Below are positions 53,550-62,549 of a DNA stretch of 64,000 bases, one piece after another. Made by a program: the position numbers and the translations under genes. The stretch's first letter is position 1; each line of letters opens with the position of its first letter. This DNA is from Candidatus Poseidoniia archaeon (GTDB lineage Archaea; Thermoplasmatota; Poseidoniia; MGIII; CG-Epi1), in NCBI GenBank assembly GCA_030748895.1, contig JASMLC010000003.1, positions 78,594 through 142,593 of the forward strand, in the 5' to 3' direction. Below the pieces are notes generated by a model. The model searched no databases. It was not told the DNA's origin and was given only the letters and a program-made list of their open reading frames with translations.

Positions 53550-54430
53550 GTCGCACCGAACCCTACGCCCGCACCATCCCGCACCCGCTCTTCGAGCGCA
53601 TGATAATCAACGACGCCGGTACGCCCGACGAGGCGCCGTGGCAGCCCGAGCGGCAGCACGAATACGGCTACTTCCCCGGTTGCGTCGACTTCATGGATGT
53701 CGAAGTCAAGTTTTCGCACCTCAACAAGGGCGACGCCGACCACGCCTCGATTGCCGCCGCGGCTATCAAGCTGATGAACGCCGCCGGTATCGACCCGCTG
53801 ATTCTCGACATGAACTCGTTCAAGTGCTGCGGGCACGACCCGCTCTGGCAAGGCCAACTGGAGGTCTTCGACGAATTGAAGGCGCACAACCTGCGGCGCA
53901 TGCAGGAGAGTGGCATCCGCACGCTGGTCGTCACCTGCGCTGAAGGCTACCGCACCTTCGCGGTCGACTACGACCTGCCCGGCCAAGGCATCCAGGTCGA
54001 GCACATCACGCAGACGTTGCGCGGGCGCGGGTTGAAGTTCAAGTCGCCCGAACCGGTGCGCGTCACCTTCCATGACCCGTGCCGCCTCGGCCGCATGATG
54101 GGCGAATACGACGCGCCGCGCGACCTTATCCAATTGGTGGACGGCGCCGAGATGGTCGAGCTGGAGAACAGCCGCGAGAAGGCGCTCTGCTGCGGCGTTT
54201 CGTCGATGATGTATTGCAATGACGCGACCAAGGCGGTGCGCAAGAAACGGCTCGATCAGGGCACCGACGCCGAAATCCAGGTGATGCTGGGCGGCTGTCC
54301 CAAGTGCTACATGCACATGCAGTGCATGCTCAACGAAGAGCGCATGGACCCCGGCGAGCACAACCACGCGTTCGAGATGCTGGACCTGATGCAGTTCCTC
54401 TCCGCCTGCCTCGTCGAGGAAGCCGCCTGA
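53546..54430 (+). CDS. HdrB/GlpC-like CCG-domain (Cys-rich) protein
   Basis: Two CCG domains: FPGC...CCGHD and HDPCRLGR...CCGVSS, plus GGCPKCYMHMQC. GGAG RBS. ATGA overlap with the upstream gene. Confidence 0.8.
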   Translation: MSRTEPYARTIPHPLFERMIINDAGTPDEAPWQPERQHEYGYFPGCVDFMDVEVKFSHLNKGDADHASIAAAAIKLMNAAGIDPLILDMNSFKCCGHDPLWQGQLEVFDELKAHNLRRMQESGIRTLVVTCAEGYRTFAVDYDLPGQGIQVEHITQTLRGRGLKFKSPEPVRVTFHDPCRLGRMMGEYDAPRDLIQLVDGAEMVELENSREKALCCGVSSMMYCNDATKAVRKKRLDQGTDAEIQVMLGGCPKCYMHMQCMLNEERMDPGEHNHAFEMLDLMQFLSACLVEEAA

Positions 54431-55269
54431 TGGCTGGCATCGACCGACAATACCTTTCCGCCTGGAAGCAGGCCGCGACGCACGACGGCGACAGCGAGCC
54501 GGTGCAAATCTGGACGGAGGATGGCAGCTACGGCGGCCTCGACTCGGGCAAGCTGGGAATCTGGGGCACCGTCGTCGGCGTCGATTTCGACATGTGCATC
54601 GCCGACGGGGCGTGCATCGACGCCTGCCCGGTCGACGTCTACGAGTGGCTCGAGACGCCGGGCCACGCCGCGTCGGACAGGAAGGCATTCATGGTGCGCG
54701 AGCCGGACTGCATCGTCTGTCGTGCCTGTGAGGAAGCGTGCCCAGTTGATGCGGTACTCATCACTGCTCCGGGCGACGTCGAGGCTGCGATAGCGGGCGC
54801 GGACACCGCATCCGCCCCGGCCGTTGCGGAAGCGGCCGTCACTGAGAGCGAAGCCCCGGCCGAAGCCGCCGTAGCGGCCGAACCGACGAACGCGGCGCTG
54901 GCGTGGGAGCCGAAGTCCGACGGCTGGCTACAGCGCGTGAAGGCGTCGCTGGTGGACGCCGACCTGCCCGATACCGGACTGGCGAAGGCGAAGCCGCTCT
55001 TCAAGGAGCTGCGCAAGGAAAGGCTCGATTCACTTACGCGCGGCAAGGAGTTCATGGCGCTGGTGCACAACGAGAAGTGCATCGGCTGCACGCAGTGCGT
55101 CTACTTCTGCAACTTCGCATCTATTGACATGATTGGATGGGAGCTAGAGACTCGCACCGGCGCGTTCGAATCGAAAAAGGCACTGATTGTCGAGGATACC
55201 TGCACCGGCTGCACCCTCTGCGTCTTTGCCTGCCCCGTCGAAGCAATCACGATGGAAGCGCGGGCGTGA
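54430..55269 (+). CDS. Polyferredoxin (four CxxCxxCxxxCP [4Fe-4S] motifs) with a central acidic Ala/Glu/Pro linker
   Basis: CIADGACIDACP, CIVCRACEEACP, CIGCTQCVYFCN and CTGCTLCVFACP. TGATG overlap with the HdrB-like gene. Confidence 0.8.
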   Translation: MAGIDRQYLSAWKQAATHDGDSEPVQIWTEDGSYGGLDSGKLGIWGTVVGVDFDMCIADGACIDACPVDVYEWLETPGHAASDRKAFMVREPDCIVCRACEEACPVDAVLITAPGDVEAAIAGADTASAPAVAEAAVTESEAPAEAAVAAEPTNAALAWEPKSDGWLQRVKASLVDADLPDTGLAKAKPLFKELRKERLDSLTRGKEFMALVHNEKCIGCTQCVYFCNFASIDMIGWELETRTGAFESKKALIVEDTCTGCTLCVFACPVEAITMEARA

Positions 55270-55751
55270 GCCCCGCTGCGTCAGATAACCTGAAGCTGCG
55301 CTACTCCATCATCGCTACGACCTGGCTACTAGTAGTATGGCTTGCGCTAATCGCAACGCGCTCAGGTGATCCCGGCTTTGGGCAGGTCTCGTTCATCTTG
55401 CTCGGCGCACTCATTACCTGGGTCGTGTTGCGCGCCTGGCCACCTCCAATGGTCGAGCCGCCCCCGGCCAAAATCGAAATCGAGACGCCGCTCGACGCCC
55501 CGGAGGGAGGCATCAGCGAGAACGGCTACCGGCGGCTGACCTGGGCGACGATGATACTCGCCACCGGCTGCGTCGCGGTCTTCCTGGAGTGGCTGATACA
55601 GGCGCGCTTCGCCGCCGCGCTGGGGATGCTGCTGCTCGGCAGCGTCATCGCGGTGCTGCCGCTCGTCATCCCGGTGCGCGAGACCGAGGCGACCATTCGG
55701 CGCCTTGCGAAGCGCAAGCGGCGCAAGGCGTGGCGCCGGCGCGAGCAATAG
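55266..55751 (+). CDS. Small membrane subunit (3-4 TM) with a basic C-terminal tail
   Basis: GTGA overlap with the polyferredoxin stop. Helices IATTWLLVVWLALIA, VSFILLGALITWVVL, ATMILATGCVAVFLEWLI and LGMLLLGSVIAVLPLVI, then KRKRRKAWRRREQ. Confidence 0.5.
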   Translation: MSPAASDNLKLRYSIIATTWLLVVWLALIATRSGDPGFGQVSFILLGALITWVVLRAWPPPMVEPPPAKIEIETPLDAPEGGISENGYRRLTWATMILATGCVAVFLEWLIQARFAAALGMLLLGSVIAVLPLVIPVRETEATIRRLAKRKRRKAWRRREQ

Positions 55752-55779
55752 CCCTAATCACTCGGCCCGCTGGCGCGCC

Positions 55780-56955
55780 ATGCAGGAGCTGCTGGAAAGG
55801 GCACTCGCCACGCTGGTCCCGTCTGACGCGGAGCAGGCTGCCGTCGCGACGCTCTGCGACTCGCTGCTGGCGCGCGCCCGCAAGGCGGCGCCGGACGGCG
55901 TCGAGCCGCGGCTGGTCGGCTCGGTCGCGAAGGGGACCTGGCTTCCCGGCGCCGACATCGACCTGTTTCTCTGCTTCCCCACCGGCGCGGACCTGAAGGT
56001 GGAAGGGCTGGCGCTGGCGCGCGCGGTGCTGCCCGACGGCGCGGAATTGTACGCGCAGCACCCCTACCTGCGCGGCTCCGTTGAGGGGCGGGAGGTCGAC
56101 GCAGTGCCCTGCTTCGCCATCAGCGACCCGTCGCAGCTGGCGTCAGCGGTCGACCGCACGGTGTTCCACACCGCGTGGGTGCACAAGCATCTCAGCGACA
56201 CGCAGCGCGACGACGTGCGGCTCGCGAAGCGCTTTCTGGCGGTCGCGGGCGCCTACGGGGCGGCGGCGGCTGTCGGTGGCTTTTCAGGTTATCTGGTCGA
56301 GGTGCTGGTGCATCGCGCCGGTGACTTCCCCGCCTTCGTGGAGGATGTCGCCGGCTGGCGGCCGCCGGTCGCGCTCGGCACAGTTCCCGGAGCGCCGGAA
56401 GCGGAAATCACGCTCCCCGACCCCGTCGACCCCGGCCGCAACGTCGCCGCCGGCGTGATGCGTGACGGGCTGGCGCGCGCGGTGCTGGCGGCACGGCGGT
56501 TCCTGGCGGTGCCGACTGCGGAGGCCTTCGTCCTCGAGAGTGGCGAGCGCAAACCACTCGGCTGCGTCACGACGGTTGTGCTGGCGCACCCCGGCGGGGT
56601 CGAGGAGACCGCGCTGCCGCACATCCAGCGGCAGGGGCGCAAGCTGGTGCGCGCGCTAGAGCCGTTCGGCGTGCTCGGCAGCCACTGCTCGCTCGGCGAC
56701 GAGGGGTTCATCGTGCTGGAAACCGCGACGGTGGAGCTGCCCGAACGGCAGCTCCACCGCGGTCCAGCGGCGTGGGACGCGGGCGCGTTCGAGTTTCTCG
56801 AACGCTACCCCGGTGCGGTGCTGCGCGACGGCCGCTTCTGGGCGCTGAAACCGCCGCGCCATGCGGATATCGCCAGCGCGGTGCAATCGCTGCTGCCGGG
56901 GGCGCGCGTGGTGGAAGGGCTCGCCGACGGGGCGGAGCCGTTGCCGGCCGCCTGA
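55780..56955 (+). CDS. cca: CCA-adding tRNA nucleotidyltransferase (archaeal class I)
   Basis: Nucleotidyltransferase motif GSVAKGTWLPGADIDLFL. Archaeal Cca body of about 392 aa. Confidence 0.8.
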   Translation: MQELLERALATLVPSDAEQAAVATLCDSLLARARKAAPDGVEPRLVGSVAKGTWLPGADIDLFLCFPTGADLKVEGLALARAVLPDGAELYAQHPYLRGSVEGREVDAVPCFAISDPSQLASAVDRTVFHTAWVHKHLSDTQRDDVRLAKRFLAVAGAYGAAAAVGGFSGYLVEVLVHRAGDFPAFVEDVAGWRPPVALGTVPGAPEAEITLPDPVDPGRNVAAGVMRDGLARAVLAARRFLAVPTAEAFVLESGERKPLGCVTTVVLAHPGGVEETALPHIQRQGRKLVRALEPFGVLGSHCSLGDEGFIVLETATVELPERQLHRGPAAWDAGAFEFLERYPGAVLRDGRFWALKPPRHADIASAVQSLLPGARVVEGLADGAEPLPAA

Positions 56956-56999
56956 CGGGGGGCGCGAACCGACTTAACCGGCGTCCGCCTCCGCAACGC

Positions 57000-57767
57000 A
57001 TGGGCGAAAAGGTCATAGTCATGCGCGAAGGGCATATCGGTCGCGTCACGGTCAACCGGCCCGACCAGCTCAACGCGATGAACGCGGCGGTGCGGGCGGC
57101 AATCGCCGCTGCCTTCGAGAAGTTCGGCGCCGACCCTGAAGTGCGCGCGATTATCCTCGCCGGCGCGGGCGAGAAATCGTTCATCGCCGGCGCTGACCTC
57201 GGCGAGTTTGCCGCCAGCGGCGAGCTCGACCCGGAGCGGATGCGCGACGAGTGGCGCATGACCGACGTCGCCGCCAATTGCCCGACGCCGATTATCGCGA
57301 TGGTTGACGGCTTCTGCCTCGGCGGCGGGATGGAGCTGGCGATGGCGTGCGACCTGCGGGTGGCGAGCGACCGCTCGCGCTTCGGGCAGCCGGAAATCAA
57401 CCTCGGCATCCTCCCCGGTGCGGGCGGCACCCAGCGGTTGCCGCGGCTCGCCGGCGAAGGACGCGCGCTGGAGCTGATGCTCACCGGCCGCATGATTCCG
57501 GCCGAGGAAGCGGAGCGCTACGGCATCGTCAATTTCACCTGGCCGGCGGAGGAACTCGAGGCGCGGACGGTCGAACTGGCGGAACAGATTGCGTCGAAAC
57601 CGGCGTTCGCCGCCGAGCGAATCAAGCGCGCAACGCGCAGTGGGCTGCCACTAGCGGAGGGGCTGCGGAACGAGCAGGAGCTATTCACCGAGTGCTTCAA
57701 CTCCCCCGACGGGAAAGAGGGCGTCGCCGCCTTCCTCGAGAAGCGCAAGCCGCGCTTCAACCGCTGA
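57000..57767 (+). CDS. Enoyl-CoA hydratase/isomerase (second crotonase paralog)
   Basis: VTVNRPDQLNAM, LAGAGEKSFIAGADL, DGFCLGGGMELAMACD, FLEKRKPRF. Confidence 0.85.
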   Translation: MGEKVIVMREGHIGRVTVNRPDQLNAMNAAVRAAIAAAFEKFGADPEVRAIILAGAGEKSFIAGADLGEFAASGELDPERMRDEWRMTDVAANCPTPIIAMVDGFCLGGGMELAMACDLRVASDRSRFGQPEINLGILPGAGGTQRLPRLAGEGRALELMLTGRMIPAEEAERYGIVNFTWPAEELEARTVELAEQIASKPAFAAERIKRATRSGLPLAEGLRNEQELFTECFNSPDGKEGVAAFLEKRKPRFNR

Positions 57768-57769
57768 CC

Positions 57770-58450
57770 GTGGCAAAACCGCACGGCCGCGAGTCGCTGG
57801 CAAAGCGCGCGGTGCGGGCGCGAACCGTGCTGGCGGGGTTGCGGCGCGAATACCCGCAGGCGGAGTGTGCGCTGCTCCACCGCGACCCGCTGCAGCTGCT
57901 GGTCGCCACTATCCTCTCCGCGCAATGCACCGACGAGCGGGTGAACCTGGTCACGCCGCCACTGTTCCGCAAGTATCCCGATGTGGCGGCGTTCGCCGCC
58001 GCCGACTTCACGGAGCTGGGCGAGGTCATCCACTCGACCGGCTTCTTCAACGCCAAGGCGCGGCATATCATCGGCGCCTGCAAGGGCATCATCGAGCGCC
58101 ACGCCGGCGAAGTGCCGCGCACACTTGACGCGCTGGTGGCGCTGCCGGGCGTCGGGCGCAAGACCGCGTCGGTCGTGCTGGGCGTCGCGTGGGACGTAGC
58201 CGAGGGCGTCGTCGTGGACACGCACGTCCACAGACTGACGCGGCGGCTGGGTCTGTCGCGCGGCAACAGCCCGGAAGCGGTCGAGCGCGACCTGATGACG
58301 CTGCTGCCGCACAGGGAGTGGATTGAGTGGTCGGACCGGCTCATCTGGCACGGCCGGCGGGTCTGCGACGCACGCCGGCCGCGCTGCTCGGGCTGCTTCG
58401 CCGAGGGCATCTGCCCGCAGGTCGGCGTGACGCGCCGGGCACAGGTATAA
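57770..58450 (+). CDS. nth: Endonuclease III
   Basis: LVATILSAQCTD. HhH-GPD LPGVGRKTASVVL. [4Fe-4S] loop C..RRPRCSGC...C. GTG start at 57770. Confidence 0.85.
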   Translation: MAKPHGRESLAKRAVRARTVLAGLRREYPQAECALLHRDPLQLLVATILSAQCTDERVNLVTPPLFRKYPDVAAFAAADFTELGEVIHSTGFFNAKARHIIGACKGIIERHAGEVPRTLDALVALPGVGRKTASVVLGVAWDVAEGVVVDTHVHRLTRRLGLSRGNSPEAVERDLMTLLPHREWIEWSDRLIWHGRRVCDARRPRCSGCFAEGICPQVGVTRRAQV

Positions 58451-58474
58451 CTGCGCCACCCCGCTGCCGGCGGG

Positions 58475-58909
58475 ATGGCTGACTGGGACGGACGTTTCCT
58501 CGGGCTGGCGGCGCACATCGCCGGCTGGAGCAAGGACCCCTCGACACAAGTGGGGTGCGTTATCGTCGGCCCCGACCGCGAGGTGCGCAGCACCGGTTTC
58601 AACGGGCTGCCGCGCGGCATCGCCGATACCCGCGAACGGCTGGATGACCGCGAGCTGAAATATCCGCTAATCTGCCACGCCGAGGAGAACGCCATCATGC
58701 ACGCGGCGCGCATCGGCATCTCGCTCAAGGGGTGCACCGTCTACGTCACGTGGCCACCCTGCACCCGCTGCGCGCGGTCGCTGATACAGGCGGGCGTCAG
58801 CGAAGCAGTCTATCCCGCCAGCGCCGAAGTGCCCGAGCGCTGGGCCAATGACTTTGCGCTCGCCAGCGATATGCTGGCCGAGGCGGGCGTCACGTTGCGT
58901 GGCGCTTAA
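58475..58909 (+). CDS. dCMP/CMP deaminase (zinc-dependent)
   Basis: CHAEENAI (HAE) and PCTRC (PCxxC) zinc ligands. Confidence 0.85.
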   Translation: MADWDGRFLGLAAHIAGWSKDPSTQVGCVIVGPDREVRSTGFNGLPRGIADTRERLDDRELKYPLICHAEENAIMHAARIGISLKGCTVYVTWPPCTRCARSLIQAGVSEAVYPASAEVPERWANDFALASDMLAEAGVTLRGA

Positions 58910-59829
58910 TCCTTCCCGAGCAGTTCCTCGATGCGCTTCAGGTGCTCGACGCCGGTATCGTCCTGGATGTTCTGCGTAATCAGGTCGCGCACGCGTCCCG
59001 GGTCGGGGACGCCGTAGAGTGAGTCGCGCGGGTCAGCGGTCGCGCGGCGCGCTGAGCGGCGGCTGCCGCCAGCCAGCCCGGCGGCGAAGCCTTTCGCTTC
59101 GCCGCCCACTGCGGCAATCATGAGCGCCTCGTCCGTCCCGGTTCCCAGCCCGGAGCCGGTCACCGGCACGACGGTGCCGAAGCCGAAGATACGGCCAAAC
59201 AGGCTCTGCGAGAGCTTGATGTCCTCGATATGGTTGTAGCGCACCTGCCGCTCGTTCTTGCTCAATCCGAGGAAATCCTGGTGCATCGCGATGCGGATGT
59301 CGGTCAGGTAGTAAGTGAAGCTGCGGCGATACTGGTTGACAATCACCATCCCGCCTCCGCCGACCAGCAGCGTCAGCAGCGGGATGAACCATGTGCCGAA
59401 CTCCATCGTGTCGCCGTCGGCCTCGCCGATTTTCCAGAAGTGCAGCACCATCGCCCCGATGCCGAACAGTGCCAGCCCGCCGTAAAGCCGGAAAATGTCG
59501 CGGCCGCCGTTCTCGAGGAAGAGGTAGCGCGCCGCGAAGCCGATAGCCAGCAGCGCCAGCGACCAGATGATGGCCGCGGCGACGACTTCGTTGACGCCGG
59601 GGATGGCGTTGAGGAAGCCGTAGAACGGCACCTGGCTGAACCAGTCCTGGCTGAAGAAGCGGTGGATGACGAAGCCCCACACCAGCAACAGCAGGAAGAC
59701 GAAATAGAGGTGCAGGAACGAGAGCGGGTGTGGCTGCACCTTGAGTTTCATCTCCTCGTTGCGCATCAGGGTGAAGCGGGCCATCATCCCGGATTGCTTC
59801 ACGGAGCATATAAGATTAAATGTAGCCAA
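58906..59829 (-). CDS. Membrane protein with a bacterial-type PH domain (YdbT/DUF304-like)
   Basis: TM helices followed by the bPH_2-like region SFTYYLTDIRIAMHQ...IEDIKLSQSLFGRIFGFGTV. Confidence 0.55.
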   Translation of the reverse strand: MATFNLICSVKQSGMMARFTLMRNEEMKLKVQPHPLSFLHLYFVFLLLLVWGFVIHRFFSQDWFSQVPFYGFLNAIPGVNEVVAAAIIWSLALLAIGFAARYLFLENGGRDIFRLYGGLALFGIGAMVLHFWKIGEADGDTMEFGTWFIPLLTLLVGGGGMVIVNQYRRSFTYYLTDIRIAMHQDFLGLSKNERQVRYNHIEDIKLSQSLFGRIFGFGTVVPVTGSGLGTGTDEALMIAAVGGEAKGFAAGLAGGSRRSARRATADPRDSLYGVPDPGRVRDLITQNIQDDTGVEHLKRIEELLGKD

Positions 59830-59837
59830 AAGCTGGG

Positions 59838-60380
59838 TTGCGCCCCATGAAGAACTGCGGCACCTGCGGAGCCCCCGTTGCCGATGCGATCGAGAAGTGC
59901 TTCAAGTGCGGTTCGCCCATCAAGGCCGCGAAAGACGGCCCGAAGCTGATGCGCAAGTTCACGAAGGGGAAGACCGTGAAGCGCGTCAGCGGCAAGCCGC
60001 TCCGCAAGCGACCCCGCAAGGCGGTCCGCAAGCGCAAGGCGACCGCCGAGGAGCAGCAGCTGAAGAAGTTGGCCGGCGGCGACGAAGGGGCAGTCGCTGC
60101 ACGCATCCTGCGGGAGCTAATCGACGAGGGGGCCATCGGCAAGGCGAAGGCCGCCTCGGCTGAGAAACTGGTTGGCAAACTGGGCGGCTCGCTACCGCCG
60201 TCGCGACCGAAGCCGGCGCCCGAGCCGGAACCGGCCGCGAAGCCCGAGCCAGAGCCCGCGTCGGAAGCGGCCGACCCGAAACTGGCGCGGCTGAAGGAGC
60301 TAGGCGCGCTGCGCGACTCGGGCGTCCTGACCGAGGCGGAGTTCGCGACGCTCAAGCAGCAGATAATTTCGGGGGAGTAG
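59838..60380 (+). CDS. Zinc-ribbon protein with a basic linker and a C-terminal SHOCT domain
   Basis: CGTCGAP...CFKCGSP (CxxC...CxxC), then a K/R-rich and PEPEP linker, then KLARLKELGALRDSGVLTEAEFATLKQQII (SHOCT-like). Confidence 0.55.
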   Translation: MRPMKNCGTCGAPVADAIEKCFKCGSPIKAAKDGPKLMRKFTKGKTVKRVSGKPLRKRPRKAVRKRKATAEEQQLKKLAGGDEGAVAARILRELIDEGAIGKAKAASAEKLVGKLGGSLPPSRPKPAPEPEPAAKPEPEPASEAADPKLARLKELGALRDSGVLTEAEFATLKQQIISGE

Positions 60381-61227
60381 CGACCGCCCAGATGCCTGCC
60401 AGCACCGCCGCGCCGCCCAGCAGTTCGGGCCAGCCGGGCTGCTCCCCAAAGATGGCGAGCGCCAGCAGCCCGGAGCCGACCGGCTCCGCCAGCAGCGTCA
60501 CGGTCACGACGAACGCCGGCAGGTAACCGAGCGCCCAGTTCTGCAGCGTATGCCCGAGGAGCGTCGGCACCAGCGCCATCAGCCCGAAGAGCAGGTATTC
60601 GCGCTGCGGCAATCCCTGCCACGCATCCCCGGCGGCGAAGACCGCGCTCCAGAGCGCCAGTGCACTGAAGGTGTAGACCACGAGTGCGTAGTCGGCCAGC
60701 CCGACCGTCTGCCGCAGCGAGCGGCCGCCAAGGTAGTAGGCACCGGCGAGTAGCCCCGAGGCCAGCGCCAGCGCGTTGCCGTGCAGCGTCCCGGGGTCCT
60801 GCAGCAGGTCGCCGCCGAGCAACAGCAGCATCCCGGCCAGCGCCAGCGCCATTCCGCGCTGCGCCTGCCGCGAGAGCGTCTCGCCGAGGAGGACTGCCCC
60901 GACAGCAGCGACGAAAACGGGATGGCAGGTCGCCAGTAGTACCGCCGCGGCGACCGAAGTCGCCTTCACCGCGGCGAAGAAAAAGCCGAAGTGCGCGCCG
61001 AGCAACAGGCCGATAATGGCCATGCTCGCCAGCTCGCGGCGCGTCAGCCGGCGCAGCCCGGCAGCGCGATTCCAGAGCAGCGGCGGCAGGAACAACAGCG
61101 TCGCGAACGCCTGCCGGTGGGCGGCGGCGACCAGCGGGCTGCTCTCGCTCCAGCGGATGAAGATGGCCGAGAGCGAAATCGCGACCATCGCGACCCCCAG
61201 CGCGAGATGCGGCAGCCGCTCCTTCAT
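60352..61227 (-). CDS. EamA/DMT-family transporter
   Basis: 10-TM topology with two EamA repeats. Confidence 0.85.
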   Translation of the reverse strand: MKERLPHLALGVAMVAISLSAIFIRWSESSPLVAAAHRQAFATLLFLPPLLWNRAAGLRRLTRRELASMAIIGLLLGAHFGFFFAAVKATSVAAAVLLATCHPVFVAAVGAVLLGETLSRQAQRGMALALAGMLLLLGGDLLQDPGTLHGNALALASGLLAGAYYLGGRSLRQTVGLADYALVVYTFSALALWSAVFAAGDAWQGLPQREYLLFGLMALVPTLLGHTLQNWALGYLPAFVVTVTLLAEPVGSGLLALAIFGEQPGWPELLGGAAVLAGIWAVATPPKLSAA

Positions 61228-62549
61228 GCCATCTCCATTTTAAATATTGGTCGTCGAGAATTTTTTGTTACCGCCATCAGCCGTGCCGGCCGTACCAGGT
61301 GCCGTCGTGCCGACGCGGGCGGGTCATACCAGCCCGGCTCCAGCGCGGCCGCGAGCGGTTCCGGCGCCGGTGCCGGTACCCGGGTACCGCAAGGGCGGCA
61401 GCGGTAGCCCGCGCCGCGGCCGGCCGAGTGGGTGCGCGCGCCGCACTCGGGGCAGGCGGGGTTGGGCGGCTTGTGCTGCCGGGGCGCGAGCGCGACGACG
61501 CGCAGCTTCTCCAGCTTCAGCACCCCCGCCTCGACGCTGCCGCACACCTCAAGTTCGTCGCCCGGAGCAAGCCGGTCAACGACCTGCCGGAAATCGCCCG
61601 ACGGCTCGAAGGCGGCGCACTCCAGTTCGCCGCCTTCGTGCGCGAAGCCGAAGAATCGGTGGCCGCCGCGGCGCGACTGCGGCGGCCCGCTGACGGTGCC
61701 GCTGAGCCGCACGCTCGCCTCGCCTCCGGCCGGCAGCGTGTCGCCGTAGTGGTCGTCAGTGGCCTGATTGGTCTGCCACAGCAACCAGCGCTCGGGCTGC
61801 TCGAGGCCGAGCGTGACGCAGCCAGCGGTGAGCGGTGCGGGCTCGAGCCCGCGCAAGCCCCAGAGAACGGGGCAGGGCGAGTGCGGCACCATCGCCGGGC
61901 TCCCGTCGGGGTCGCGGCAGCCGAACGCCCCTTCGACCGCGGCGACGGCGGCGACCGATTCCGCCGAGATTTCTCGCGGCGAACCCCAGCGGCTGCGCTC
62001 GCGGTAGCCGAGCAGCTCCCAGCTACAACTGGCGCCGCTGCGGGGCGACCACGCCAGCGCGCAGGCGGCGCCCGCGAGCCCGCGGCCGCCGTTAAGCCCG
62101 GCGTGCGCCGTGCCTTCGAGCGCCTCGCGCAGCTCGTCTTCGCGCACGATGGAGCGCACGCCCTGCCAGTACATCTTCTCCGATGGCCGCGCTGCGGTGA
62201 CGATGACCCCCGGCTGCGCCGAGCGCCGCGCCTCGGTGCGCACGACGGCGAGCACGCGCTCGAGCAGCGCCTCGGCGTCCAGCGCGGCCGGTGCCGCGTC
62301 GGCGTGCGCGATTAGCGTCCCGCCGGGAAGCTCGCCGATTCGTGTCGGCTCCCCCGCGCCGCGGCCGAACGCGAGCGCGACGGCGCCGTTGCCGCGCGTC
62401 TTCCACGGGACGTTGGGGTTGAGCCGCACCAGTCGCGGTGGCCCAATCAGGTCGTAGTCGGGCAGCAATTCCTCGATAACCCGCAAGGCGACCCACGTAG
62501 TGCAGCCGCCGTTGAGCGAGTCGGTGTCGTCGATGCCGACGTGGAGCAT
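61224..62549 (-). CDS. tiaS: tRNA(Ile2) 2-agmatinylcytidine synthetase
   Basis: N-terminal MLHVGIDDTDSLNGGCTT matches the TiaS start (M.IGIDDTDS..GMCTT). C-terminal zinc ribbon CPECG...CRPCG. Confidence 0.8.
   Translation of the reverse strand: MLHVGIDDTDSLNGGCTTWVALRVIEELLPDYDLIGPPRLVRLNPNVPWKTRGNGAVALAFGRGAGEPTRIGELPGGTLIAHADAAPAALDAEALLERVLAVVRTEARRSAQPGVIVTAARPSEKMYWQGVRSIVREDELREALEGTAHAGLNGGRGLAGAACALAWSPRSGASCSWELLGYRERSRWGSPREISAESVAAVAAVEGAFGCRDPDGSPAMVPHSPCPVLWGLRGLEPAPLTAGCVTLGLEQPERWLLWQTNQATDDHYGDTLPAGGEASVRLSGTVSGPPQSRRGGHRFFGFAHEGGELECAAFEPSGDFRQVVDRLAPGDELEVCGSVEAGVLKLEKLRVVALAPRQHKPPNPACPECGARTHSAGRGAGYRCRPCGTRVPAPAPEPLAAALEPGWYDPPASARRHLVRPARLMAVTKNSRRPIFKMEMA

Noticed and set aside
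52829-54430. 533-aa track ORF suggesting a much longer HdrB-like protein, and a long N-terminal extension on 52260..53549
   Set aside because: The N-terminal 240 aa are an out-of-frame read-through of the upstream cyt b/ferredoxin gene. The real start is the ATG at 53546, with a GGAG RBS and ATGA coupling. Likewise, 52491 (TAATG) is the real start of the cyt b C-half gene.
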